From IMG/VR virus record IMGVR_UViG_3300037453_000168, positions 14,932 through 78,931 of that record: a stretch of DNA of 64,000 nt; one strand, 5' to 3'. Each line of letters opens with the position of its first letter. The first letter of the stretch is position 1. The notes under the pieces were generated by a model. That model made no database searches and was not told the DNA's origin. It was given only the letters and a program-made list of their open reading frames with translations. Shown here piece after piece: positions 36,013 through 45,425 of the stretch. Position numbers and translations under genes: made by a program. This DNA comes from a virus. Its lineage: Duplodnaviria > Caudoviricetes.

Positions 36013-37338
36013 ATGTACTCCAATATCTCCGAACTCCCCACAGAGGTCAAGAACGCATTGGACGAGGACGATTGCAAAATATTCCTTGAAAAATTCAATG
36101 AGAAGAACCCTCAGACCGAAGAAGAATATAGGGACGCTATGAGGTACGCATGGGAATGTTGCAAGAACCTGCCCTCGTCGTTCTCGTTCGATATAATCGC
36201 ATCGGTCGAGGATGTAGATTCGGACGGGGAGCTAATCACAATCAAATCGTTATCCGACCAGATGGATAAGTTCATCGAGCAGGGCGGTGTCGTTCAATCG
36301 GAGCATGGGGACTATCGCACAGCGCATATATGGGGGTGGGATGAGTACACCGACCCCGACACAGGATATCCTGGGGTGCTTGTCCATGGCAACGTGTTCG
36401 GGGGTCGTGGGGAGAACTCGGAATATGCGAAGGCCAGACAGGACTTCCTGAACGGTAAGAACAACCTGTCAATCGCTGGCGATGCATCAATCGAAGGCTA
36501 CGAATGCGACAAGGGAAGATGTTTCGTCAGGAGGAATCTGACTCAGCTTATGGAGATTTCTCTGGTAGACAGCCCAGCGAACCCCTATGCTAAAATGCTC
36601 TGGTACAACGACAAGGCCATCGTGAAAGGGAACACGAATCTCAAAGTCAAGAACGTAGGCATCCACAAATCCTACAATGAATGCGATTTGGAAATGCTGA
36701 GGAAGAAACTCTCCGATTTCGATACAAAGATTACCTCGAAGGGACTGATAGTCAAGGATAAGGTTTCCGTAGGGATTTCTGCGGAATCCGTAGAAATCGT
36801 CAAATCAAAAATCAAAACACTCGGGCAACTTGTCGAGGTGTCTTCGGATTCCGTAGTAATCGATACGAATAAGCGCATCTTGGAGCGTGAATTCAAGAAG
36901 TCCTTCGACAATAAGGAATGCGATACCGACGGCATTCTGACCAAGAACGTCGGAAAAGGAAGGTTCACAGAACTTTTCAACCGCTCGCTGATAAGACCGA
37001 ACAAGGACGGTATATGGGCATTCGACGGTTCGATATTGAAGAACCGTGACGAGGATTGGGATGATAACGGCAATTACATAGGCCCGAAGAACACGATTTA
37101 CGTCTGGGATGCCAACGGGAACGAGATTCTGTGTTTCGCTCCCGTCGACGAGCACGATACCTCCGACGGCTGGTCCATATCGAATGTCGGTTCGGAGAGA
37201 TACTGGAAGTCCGATTCATGGGGCAGTCATTGGGATTCGATAGATGAAGTGGTCGATGCAATCAGACGGCATAAGCGCAACGTGACGATTAAGAGAGGGG
37301 TCTATTGGGACGATGCCAATTACCTTGAGGATATCTAA
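36013..37338 (+). CDS. Prohead protease (HK97-type) with N-terminal ChaB-like domain and extra C-terminal module
   Basis: YSNISELPTEVKNAL; ASVEDVDSDGELI...EH...LSIAG...EISLVDSPANP. Confidence 0.75.
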   Translation: MYSNISELPTEVKNALDEDDCKIFLEKFNEKNPQTEEEYRDAMRYAWECCKNLPSSFSFDIIASVEDVDSDGELITIKSLSDQMDKFIEQGGVVQSEHGDYRTAHIWGWDEYTDPDTGYPGVLVHGNVFGGRGENSEYAKARQDFLNGKNNLSIAGDASIEGYECDKGRCFVRRNLTQLMEISLVDSPANPYAKMLWYNDKAIVKGNTNLKVKNVGIHKSYNECDLEMLRKKLSDFDTKITSKGLIVKDKVSVGISAESVEIVKSKIKTLGQLVEVSSDSVVIDTNKRILEREFKKSFDNKECDTDGILTKNVGKGRFTELFNRSLIRPNKDGIWAFDGSILKNRDEDWDDNGNYIGPKNTIYVWDANGNEILCFAPVDEHDTSDGWSISNVGSERYWKSDSWGSHWDSIDEVVDAIRRHKRNVTIKRGVYWDDANYLEDI

Positions 37339-37391
37339 TAAAATGAAATATATACTTCAATATATATTTACAATCAAAAACAGGTGGTAGG

Positions 37392-38042
37392 ATGTACGAA
37401 TTTCAGATAAAGAAGATGAGAAACATACAGAAATCGAGGTACACGTTCAAGGTAGATACATCTTCTGCGACGATAGGACAGCCCGTCAAAGGCGGTCAGT
37501 TCGACAGCAGAGATTACGTCATACCCCTCTCGAACCTGTCGGTAAAGTTCGGGAGGGAGGTCATCGCAAGCGGTCTGTCTGGAGAAATCTACATAAACGA
37601 ATCCGATTTGATGGATACGGCCGAGGAAGACGGACTGTACGAGAGGATGTACGCAGAACTCATAACGTCCCGTGAGAGGAAACTCGAAGAGGAACACGGG
37701 AACGATGATGACTTCGGCGAACTCGAAGAACAGCTATGGGATGAACTCATAAAGGTGAACCGCAGACTCGATGATGCGTTCGACAACATATCCTATGAGC
37801 TACTGTCAATCGGCAGGATTCCTGCGATATCGTTCAAGGGATTCGTCTACGACGGGGATTCGGAGTTGGAGGACGAGTATGTAGATGAACTCAAAATGAA
37901 ATTCACTTGCAGACTGTCGATACCCGACTTCGGGGAACACGAAATCACGGCGGAGACAGATTCCGCATCCTTCGTCCCGTCCGACGGGATGATTGACGAG
38001 ATGATTTCCTATATGGAAATGGAGAACGAGGAAACGGAGTGA
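37392..38042 (+). CDS. Acidic protein with shared N-terminal leader
   Basis: MYEFQIKKMRNIQKS. Confidence 0.6.
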   Translation: MYEFQIKKMRNIQKSRYTFKVDTSSATIGQPVKGGQFDSRDYVIPLSNLSVKFGREVIASGLSGEIYINESDLMDTAEEDGLYERMYAELITSRERKLEEEHGNDDDFGELEEQLWDELIKVNRRLDDAFDNISYELLSIGRIPAISFKGFVYDGDSELEDEYVDELKMKFTCRLSIPDFGEHEITAETDSASFVPSDGMIDEMISYMEMENEETE

Positions 38043-38061
38043 CGATTCGCATTGAACTATT

Positions 38062-39000
38062 ATGAGGGATACTATGGAAGATATAGGCAAGATGATAGGG
38101 GACAGACGCTGGTTCAGGGAGAGGGGTCAAATCTTCAAGGAAATGGCACCCGACATGACGGCGCAGATGAATGACTATGCCTTTATGATAGACGAAATCA
38201 TAACGGATTTCGGTCTTAAAGGCGGATACGCATTATCCGAAGAGGACGGACATACGACGATGATATTCAACGTCAACGACTGCACGAAACCCTGCGACAA
38301 GTATCAGACATCGCAGGACGGGGATTGGCTGTCCGTTCAGTTGGATTCGATATCGAAGGAGTGCGGTTCTGCTGGTGTAGGCGGAGGGTACTCACAGGCG
38401 AGATATTCCGATAAGACCGAGAAATCGGATTTGACTCCCGATGATGACCTATACAGGGATATCAAGAGTAGCGGTAACCTGGTAAGGGAAATCGATAACG
38501 GTGACGGCACCCGTACCGAACTCTACGGTTGGCAATCCGAATATGAGTCGGGGTACAGCCCATGCATATATAGGTTCGTGCTTATCGGAGACTCTATGGT
38601 AGATGGAGAGATATATGTCACTCCGAGAGCGGTCAGAGATGCATGCGACCAATTCAGTCTAGCATATCCGTTCCTTCTCAAATCCAAGAAGTCCAAGGTC
38701 AAGAAGTCCACCGATGCCCTGCTCCATCTCAAACCGCTCGGTCAATGGTATCACATGACTTCCGACGGATATCCCGATTACGTCACCGAAGAGTTCGCAA
38801 TCCGCATGGAGGATTATGGGGACACACCGCAGGACAATGCGGATTATCTCGCAGACTATTGCGAGAGGGTCTATGACGGCTCCCGTTGGATTGGCAACGT
38901 GGACCATTACTACATCGTTGAGGACAACGATATCAAGGAGATAAGCAGGGATGATGCGAAAGCCCTTGCAAAATCCAAGACCAATAAGAATGGAAGATGA
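38062..39000 (+). CDS. Acidic modular protein with KS linkers
   Basis: DKTEKS, KSKKSKVKKS, KSKTNK. Confidence 0.6.
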   Translation: MRDTMEDIGKMIGDRRWFRERGQIFKEMAPDMTAQMNDYAFMIDEIITDFGLKGGYALSEEDGHTTMIFNVNDCTKPCDKYQTSQDGDWLSVQLDSISKECGSAGVGGGYSQARYSDKTEKSDLTPDDDLYRDIKSSGNLVREIDNGDGTRTELYGWQSEYESGYSPCIYRFVLIGDSMVDGEIYVTPRAVRDACDQFSLAYPFLLKSKKSKVKKSTDALLHLKPLGQWYHMTSDGYPDYVTEEFAIRMEDYGDTPQDNADYLADYCERVYDGSRWIGNVDHYYIVEDNDIKEISRDDAKALAKSKTNKNGR

Positions 39001-39234
39001 GAGGACATCGAGAGGTTAAATACTACAAACCCGTTACTAAATCTGTCTTGGATAGGTAAATCTACCTTGATGACTTGGACCATAGGCCCGAACCGTGCCT
39101 ACGAAAGTGAAACGGTTCACATATTCTCATACATTTTATGATATTACGGATACCGTCGTTATGGTACTCCGACCTGTTCAATTCAAAAAGGCTTATAAGC
39201 GTTAATCAGAATCTCTTGCCAAAGAGGTCTATAA

Positions 39235-40167
39235 ATGGATAGTGATACCGCATGGGCGCAATTCAAGAAGAACAATCAGACCTCGGTAGAGGATAAACTC
39301 GACGTCATCCTTGCACAGCAACAGGAGATTATCACCGATACATCCCGTGTCGCTGACCTCGTTCCCCTCGTTACGGGGGACAAGGCGGAGGAGGACGCTT
39401 TGGAGGAAACGGGCGATTTGGAAGAGGTGCCTGACGAATCCATTGACGAGGATGCCCCTCTCGAAGATTCGGGAGAGATATCCGAGGACGAGGACAATCC
39501 ATTCGCTTTCCTCGATGAATCCGACGATTCAGGCGACGAGAACCAAGAGTATGATGGGGAATACCTATCAGACGATGGAATCGCCGAGGATGACGGAGAA
39601 TACGAGGAAACTGACGAGGATTCGGATGTCGAGGACTTCGACTATCCCGAAGAGGATGAATCCGAAGAGGATTACGAATCCTCAGAGGAATCCGACGAGC
39701 CGTATGAAAGCGACGAGTCCGACGAGGAAACTGACGAGGACGGTCATCAGAGCCAATCCGAGGAATCCGATGAAGAGGAATCATACGACGAATCGGAGGA
39801 TGTTGAATCGGAGGACGAATCCGAAGAGGATGAATCCGATGAAGAGGACTACATCTCATTCGACGAGATTGACGAGGACGAAGAATCCGACGAGATTGAC
39901 GAGGACGATAAGGCGAAGAAATCCGCCCGTCCAGACACAAAGACCATCAAATCCGTGTCGGACAAGGCACGCATGACGGTGATATCGAGAGTCCAAAGAC
40001 CCGATGATTCCCTATCGTTCGGAAGGTCGAGCAATTCCGACCAGATTGCCGATGCTCTTTTCAAATCCGCAAAGGAGTTCGAGATAGGGTTCGGCATAGA
40101 CCCCCATAAGGTAGTCGAGAAGGATTGGGCGGATTACCGCATGATGAAGAAACTAAACTCATTCTGA
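39235..40167 (+). CDS. Highly acidic scaffolding-like protein
   Basis: ESDEE/ESEE low-complexity tract; immediately upstream of the capsid gene. Confidence 0.65.
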   Translation: MDSDTAWAQFKKNNQTSVEDKLDVILAQQQEIITDTSRVADLVPLVTGDKAEEDALEETGDLEEVPDESIDEDAPLEDSGEISEDEDNPFAFLDESDDSGDENQEYDGEYLSDDGIAEDDGEYEETDEDSDVEDFDYPEEDESEEDYESSEESDEPYESDESDEETDEDGHQSQSEESDEEESYDESEDVESEDESEEDESDEEDYISFDEIDEDEESDEIDEDDKAKKSARPDTKTIKSVSDKARMTVISRVQRPDDSLSFGRSSNSDQIADALFKSAKEFEIGFGIDPHKVVEKDWADYRMMKKLNSF

Positions 40168-40182
40168 TTTCAAAGTGATAAC

Positions 40183-41406
40183 ATGACTGGAGATATTTCA
40201 AGGGGAATCACTCAGATTGGCGGAGAACTCGTTACCATCGGGTACTCCAACAACGGAGCTGGAACCAAAGCGCTTATCAATGACTTCTATGACGAACAGC
40301 TCCGTATCGGAAAGTCGGCTGGATTCACAGGATACGGCACGGCTGGCGTATTCAACGCAATCATGGGAAAGGAGATTACGGCTGGCATGTTCGCATCCAA
40401 CAACATCCTCACCGCCATCGGTGCAAGGCCCTACGACCATGAGGGAATGCGTATCGCATACGACCTCGCTCAGAAGGGCGGAATCGGAACAAGGAGGGAG
40501 GGACACATCCCCGACTCCGTGAAGATGCCCATCAAGCAGGTGCGCCAGCCCTACAAGGAGCTTCCGTTCTCGTTCAACTACGGACTCGGACTGAAAGCCC
40601 TTGAATCCAAGGACGATACCATCGCATACCAGCAGTACATCGACATGATGACCGCCAACTACTCCGATGCGCTCGACTACGACCTTCTCCGTCCGATTAC
40701 CGAGGCCCAGCCCGTGGACAACGGAGAGGAAATCTGCCTGACTGGAATCGAGAGGGCAATCGCATCCTCCGTAGAGGTCGGAGAGACCTACGGAACCGTG
40801 GCAATCACAGGCGATATGGTCTCCCCCTACGGCGGAGTCGCATCCGACCTGTACGACGTCCGTACCGCCAGCACTCAGAACAACTTCGACGGATACGTCA
40901 ACAACGTCGAGGGAGTCCTCTCGCTGGATGACATGAACGGCCTGTATTCTGGATGCGCACCCTATTGGGCGGACCAGGCGAACCCCAACAACAAGATATT
41001 CGGAATGTCCGTCGTGGCATTGGAGAAGATTTCTGGACTGATGAACTCTCAGAACCTCTGGCTCGAGTCCGTGTTCGTGCAGAGGGACTTCAACGGCGTC
41101 AAGACCATGCCTGGAAGGGAGGTCGGAGGTATCCTCGCATCCGCATATAGGAACATCCCTATCATCATGGACGGTAACTACAACTACGATGCGACCACCA
41201 AGAGGATTGGGGGCTCGCTCGGAACAATCGGACTCTACGACCTCGACAACCTCTATATGAGACTGCTCACTCCTGTCGAGTTCCGCAGTACCGAGGACTA
41301 TTCCATCACAAGGGAACTTCAGGAGTTCAATGTGATGCAGTCCCGTATGGAAACTGGAATCTCCAAGTTCCTCGGACAGGGAAGGATAGTCAACAAGACC
41401 GCTTGA
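40183..41406 (+). CDS. Major capsid protein (HK97-fold expected)
   Basis: Position after protease and scaffold, 407 aa, strongest codon bias in the window, hairpin terminator after it. Confidence 0.8.
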   Translation: MTGDISRGITQIGGELVTIGYSNNGAGTKALINDFYDEQLRIGKSAGFTGYGTAGVFNAIMGKEITAGMFASNNILTAIGARPYDHEGMRIAYDLAQKGGIGTRREGHIPDSVKMPIKQVRQPYKELPFSFNYGLGLKALESKDDTIAYQQYIDMMTANYSDALDYDLLRPITEAQPVDNGEEICLTGIERAIASSVEVGETYGTVAITGDMVSPYGGVASDLYDVRTASTQNNFDGYVNNVEGVLSLDDMNGLYSGCAPYWADQANPNNKIFGMSVVALEKISGLMNSQNLWLESVFVQRDFNGVKTMPGREVGGILASAYRNIPIIMDGNYNYDATTKRIGGSLGTIGLYDLDNLYMRLLTPVEFRSTEDYSITRELQEFNVMQSRMETGISKFLGQGRIVNKTA

Positions 41407-41412
41407 AAACAA

Positions 41413-41431
41413 GAGGGGGCCTATACCCCTC
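41413..41431 (+). terminator. Hairpin terminator candidate
   Basis: GAGGGG...CCCCTC then a T-rich tract. Confidence 0.5.
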
Positions 41432-41487
41432 AATTTTCCCTAATTTTATATTATTTCCAGATTATCACTTGTTCAAAGTGATAAATC

Positions 41488-43032
41488 ATGGCCAATGAGT
41501 TCGCACTTAAAAAACTGCAACAGCACGGTTTCGTACCCAAGTTCGCAGTTACAAAGACGAAGAAATCCAAGATTAAGAAGTTCGAGGACGTCTACTATGT
41601 TCCTCTCGCATACATCGGTATGGCGGAACTCAGAGCACACTCTCCGACAAAGAATTACAATAGAGAATATTCCTGCAATATTCCGTTTTCCACAGAGGCT
41701 GGCGATGGACATGTTGTAATATATATGCATATCTACAATGATAATGCATATTCCTATTCAAACTCTGACTACGACGTCTATCGTGAAATGGAGGATAGAT
41801 TCGACCGCGACCCCAACGATACCGAGGCCGAGACATATCTTCAAAATTATAATCTCCGTAGAGAGAACACATCCGATGTAGTCAATATCAAAGTCACAGG
41901 TGCTATGAAATACTATATCTCGGGATTGCTCGGTGCTGGAACAGAATGTGTTTATAATATATCCCTCAAAGAACGTTATGATGTTCAAGAGGCCCTCGAC
42001 CAATTCGCTCAATCTTCCGAAACAGGATGGAGCAAAGTGATGGAGAAAGTGAACGAGGCCCTTGCTGGTCAGGAGGTATTCGAGCAGGCTGGAGAGTCCC
42101 TGCCTACCGAGATTTCCATATCTACAGGTTTCGGAGACCTGTTATTGAAGATAGATGAGGTCTATTACGCTACATACGGTGCATACATGGGTGAAGTTAT
42201 GGGCGTAGAGGATAAAGTACAGGCCGACGTGTCTGTAATCCTTCAGCCTATCAAAGATGATGAGACTAGATACGAAGGTCAAAGGTACGGGCGTGAGTCC
42301 AGTATAAGGGAGAGGTCGTTCACACCGAAAGGATATGATATATCCGTCATAGGACGCATCACGGACTATAACACGCAACTCAGTACGGGCCATGAACCTA
42401 AAAGGGAGTCTTGGACGAGGGATTTCGGACACGAGGGTGCATCCACTCTCGACGAGGCGAAATCCATTATCGGACAGAACATCAAGGAAATCTATGACGA
42501 GTGGACCGCTTTCGTAGAATCCGAGAGAAACTATGAGAGGGAGGGACACGGCAGAGGTCGTTCCGCAACCTATGAGAATACTGCTGAATGGGCATGGAAC
42601 TACGGAGATACAAAGGATGATGTGAATTACGAAGAATTCCAAGACAGGGAGATGGCAGATAGGGTCGAATCCGAAGTCAAATCACTTGTTCCAGAGCTAT
42701 ACAGATTCGTATATATTTCTGCGAATGATGATTACAACGACAGAGGATATTCTTATTTCATTTTGAATCTGAGAGAACGTAGTACAGATTCGGATAAAGT
42801 GAATGCTGTTAAGACCATCCTTGAAATGAATGGTTATCAGATATTGGATGTATTAAGTGGCTATGGCGGTTATGTGAACATCTTGTTCTATCCATCCGTC
42901 TATAAGACCAAGAAGATGAAGAAATCCATCAAGCAGACCTACATGAACCTCGTCAAGTCCCTCTCCAAAACGAGGAACACGACCAAAGCAGAATCATCAA
43001 TAAAAAACAAAGTCGCCAATCAAAGGAAGTGA
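41488..43032 (+). CDS. Modular acidic protein with shared N-terminal leader
   Basis: MANEFALKKLQQHG...KTKKSKIKK; C-terminal KTKKMKKS. Confidence 0.6.
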   Translation: MANEFALKKLQQHGFVPKFAVTKTKKSKIKKFEDVYYVPLAYIGMAELRAHSPTKNYNREYSCNIPFSTEAGDGHVVIYMHIYNDNAYSYSNSDYDVYREMEDRFDRDPNDTEAETYLQNYNLRRENTSDVVNIKVTGAMKYYISGLLGAGTECVYNISLKERYDVQEALDQFAQSSETGWSKVMEKVNEALAGQEVFEQAGESLPTEISISTGFGDLLLKIDEVYYATYGAYMGEVMGVEDKVQADVSVILQPIKDDETRYEGQRYGRESSIRERSFTPKGYDISVIGRITDYNTQLSTGHEPKRESWTRDFGHEGASTLDEAKSIIGQNIKEIYDEWTAFVESERNYEREGHGRGRSATYENTAEWAWNYGDTKDDVNYEEFQDREMADRVESEVKSLVPELYRFVYISANDDYNDRGYSYFILNLRERSTDSDKVNAVKTILEMNGYQILDVLSGYGGYVNILFYPSVYKTKKMKKSIKQTYMNLVKSLSKTRNTTKAESSIKNKVANQRK

Positions 43033-43036
43033 TGCT

Positions 43037-43582
43037 ATGTATGAGTTCATGGTAAAAAAATTGAAAGAAAGGAATTATGTCCCCCTATCTAAAACTGAGA
43101 AGTCAAAAACCGAGAAGGATAGGGCTGTCGGACCAGGCTATGAGCTGGATTATGATAGGATTGCCGACGAGATATTCCAGATAATGCTCGAGTCCAGACA
43201 GCGCAATGGCGATTTTGGGATGGACGCATTTAAAGCATATGAGGAATGGGAATCGAGGAACTATTCTATCATCAGGTTCGATGAGCATGGCTATGAGGAT
43301 TATGATTTCAAACTCATCGACATGGTTGAGAACAAAGTCATAGACTACGACAGACAGATGCAGAGGGAGACTATGGATAAGGTATTCGACCTTGAATACA
43401 ACGACCTTGTTAAATTCAAGGATGGAGAGTACTACGTTAAATCCACCAACGACAAGCGTTCATACAACGGTTGTATGATTTGGGCAGGTCCAGAAAAAGA
43501 CAGCGAACACGGCTGGTATATCTCTGTTTCTGATTTCATAAAAATCATTGAACGGTCAAACAGCGGCGAAAGGCTCTTTTAA
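43037..43582 (+). CDS. Acidic protein with shared N-terminal leader
   Basis: MYEFMVKKLKERN...KTEKSKTEK. Confidence 0.6.
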   Translation: MYEFMVKKLKERNYVPLSKTEKSKTEKDRAVGPGYELDYDRIADEIFQIMLESRQRNGDFGMDAFKAYEEWESRNYSIIRFDEHGYEDYDFKLIDMVENKVIDYDRQMQRETMDKVFDLEYNDLVKFKDGEYYVKSTNDKRSYNGCMIWAGPEKDSEHGWYISVSDFIKIIERSNSGERLF

Positions 43583-43592
43583 ACTGCATTAA

Positions 43593-43610
43593 AGGGGGAG
43601 ATTCCCCCCT
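43593..43610 (+). terminator. Hairpin terminator candidate
   Basis: AGGGGG-AGATTC-CCCCCT. Confidence 0.4.
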
Positions 43611-43624
43611 CTAAATATATACAT

Positions 43625-43699
43625 AAGAATATATTTTATATACTTCAATGTGTTATTCGATTCTGTAAACCTTCGGGTTTACAGGAGTGAATTGAAATG
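43625..43699 (+). promoter_or_regulatory. Promoter + leader hairpin + SD module, copy 3
   Basis: AAGAATATATTTTATATAC...GTGTTATTCGATT-CTGTAAACC-TTCG-GGTTTACAG-GAGTGA...ATG. Confidence 0.8.
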
Positions 43700-43804
43700 C
43701 AGACTTGGATTCTTGACCCGAAATCGGGCAGATACGAACCTCACGAGGTCGTATCGGAGAACAGCACGAAACAGACCACCCTCGATTTCTCGGAGGACGA
43801 TTGA
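43697..43804 (+). CDS. 35-aa microprotein
   Basis: MQTWILDPKSGRYEPHEVVSENSTKQTTLDFSEDD directly after module 3. Confidence 0.5.
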   Translation: MQTWILDPKSGRYEPHEVVSENSTKQTTLDFSEDD

Positions 43805-43806
43805 GA

Positions 43807-43964
43807 TGTACCATGACACCCCAATCACTCAGGACGAATGCAGAGCATCCGAGAGGGCATTCCTCCGTTCTATCGGAGTGAGGGACATGAACGCACTTCA
43901 AAGGATATTCGAGGAGTGCGACTACGATATCGACAGAATCAACAGAAGGCTCGGAAGGTGCTGA
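43807..43964 (+). CDS. Small hypothetical protein
   Basis: CGGAGG upstream of ATG 43807. Confidence 0.5.
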
Positions 43965-43966
43965 AC

Positions 43967-44281
43967 ATGGGATACAAGAAAGTCATCGGGGAATGGCCGA
44001 ACATCCCCCTCTCCAAAGAGGATGCGAAGAAACTGGTGCTAATCAGTAACAATCCCGTCTACGAATCCGTTGTGAGGGACTATCACGGACGTAGCAGATA
44101 CGACAACAATCCGCCAGAGGATTTGGGATTCGGAGACATCTGCTATTGGCTGGACTACGAGGCCAATATGGACGATGCGCAGGACGTACCCCTCGAAGAG
44201 AGGATGTTCACCCGTCAGGCGGTTTCTGGAATCAACAGATGGCTGGATAAATATAACACCAATCCAATCCGCCCGTGGTGA
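43967..44281 (+). CDS. Hypothetical protein
   Basis: AAGGTG upstream; MGYKKVIGEW... Confidence 0.55.
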   Translation: MGYKKVIGEWPNIPLSKEDAKKLVLISNNPVYESVVRDYHGRSRYDNNPPEDLGFGDICYWLDYEANMDDAQDVPLEERMFTRQAVSGINRWLDKYNTNPIRPW

Positions 44282-44286
44282 TAGGG

Positions 44287-44427
44287 ATGACGAAGAAATA
44301 CATCGTAGGATGGGTCGATTACGAGAACAAAACGAAGGTGGAGGAGTTCATCGATGTCAAAGAGGCCCTGCAATTCATCGAGAACGGACTTCACTTCATA
44401 CAGGAGTTCACGATTAGGAGGGAATGA
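44287..44427 (+). CDS. 46-aa microprotein
   Basis: MTKKYIVGWVD...RRE*; ATGA overlap with next gene. Confidence 0.45.
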   Translation: MTKKYIVGWVDYENKTKVEEFIDVKEALQFIENGLHFIQEFTIRRE

Positions 44428-44675
44428 GGATGGCCCCGTTGTTCAAGACGCTTGAAGCACCCATAGTCGGGGTGCGTTGTTCCAAATGCGGTGCGGAGAG
44501 CACCACGATTGTACCCATCAGAATGTCGGAATCATACGACTATGAATCTGGCATCTATACGTTCATAGATGCGACCGAATGCGGTGGCTGTGGCCATATC
44601 GTGTTTGTGGAAAGGAGGATGAAGATAGTGGAGCAGAGGTCGATGGATACCATCGAGGGGAAGAAGGAGGAATGA
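44424..44675 (+). CDS. Zinc-finger protein
   Basis: CSKCG...CGGCG. Confidence 0.6.
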   Translation: MRMAPLFKTLEAPIVGVRCSKCGAESTTIVPIRMSESYDYESGIYTFIDATECGGCGHIVFVERRMKIVEQRSMDTIEGKKEE

Positions 44676-44679
44676 GGGC

Positions 44680-45075
44680 ATGGCGGATGCGAGGGAGATT
44701 GTATCTTCCCCTCTTAAAAACCGTTTCATGCCTGTGTTCAAGGCGTACTGTGATGCATGCGGTACGACGAACGATGCTCCGAACACTACGAGGATGCTCG
44801 AACGCTACGATTACGACAAGGGGACATACATCTTGTTCGATATCGTGACCTGCGAATCGTGCGGAACATCGTTCATCGTCAAGAGGGAATTTCAGATGCT
44901 GAAACAGGAATCATCAAGGAAGGTGGATAATGATGCACAGCGACGATATCAAAGACAGAATCGAGGAACTGAACAAGCAACTCGACACGTTCGAATCCGA
45001 TTCCAGCATACCGAGGGAAACGCTGGAGGTCATACGCACAAGGGCGATACTGCTGAACGTCCTCGCTCTCAATGA
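44680..45075 (+). CDS. Zinc-finger protein (3' end uncertain)
   Basis: CDACG...CESCG; overlaps ORF 44930. Confidence 0.5.
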   Translation: MADAREIVSSPLKNRFMPVFKAYCDACGTTNDAPNTTRMLERYDYDKGTYILFDIVTCESCGTSFIVKREFQMLKQESSRKVDNDAQRRYQRQNRGTEQATRHVRIRFQHTEGNAGGHTHKGDTAERPRSQ

Positions 45076-45166
45076 GCTGAACTGGTCGTTCTTCTATACC
45101 AAGGAGGAATTGAAGAAGATTAATCAGTCTTTGGACCTCCTTATCAGGACGATACAGAGGAAGTAA
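44930..45166 (+). CDS. Small helical hypothetical protein
   Basis: AAGGTGG upstream. Confidence 0.5.
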   Translation: MMHSDDIKDRIEELNKQLDTFESDSSIPRETLEVIRTRAILLNVLALNELNWSFFYTKEELKKINQSLDLLIRTIQRK

Positions 45167-45167
45167 T

Positions 45168-45425
45168 ATGTACGATTGGAATTGTGTATCATGCGGTTCG
45201 AAGGTACAGGCCTTCAACACGATAAAATGGCCTATGATTCCCCGTATCTTCGGCAGTCCGACAAAGGGGGTCAAGGTCTATCGTACCTATCGCTGTGACA
45301 GATGCGGAATAAGATACATGGAGAGGGTGCGATGCCGACACATGTTGTCCGTTATTCCTGCAAGGATTCGAGCAGACAGGAGTTCAGGACGCTCGAAAGC
45401 AGATATTACTCCAACAGCAAGGTGA
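45168..45425 (+). CDS. Zinc-finger protein
   Basis: CVSCG...CDRCG. Confidence 0.55.
   Translation: MYDWNCVSCGSKVQAFNTIKWPMIPRIFGSPTKGVKVYRTYRCDRCGIRYMERVRCRHMLSVIPARIRADRSSGRSKADITPTAR

Noticed and set aside
39066-39110. Possible hammerhead ribozyme (TGATGA...GAAA)
   Set aside because: Core is TTGATGA rather than CTGATGA and no proper stem II closes it.
39311-39976. Alternative-frame Arg/Pro/Thr-rich ORFs over the acidic gene
   Set aside because: Frame artefacts of the GAA/GAC/TCC low-complexity repeat.
40198-41433. 411-aa minus-strand ORF
   Set aside because: Exact antisense shadow of the capsid gene, caused by its strong codon bias; no SD/promoter and implausible composition.
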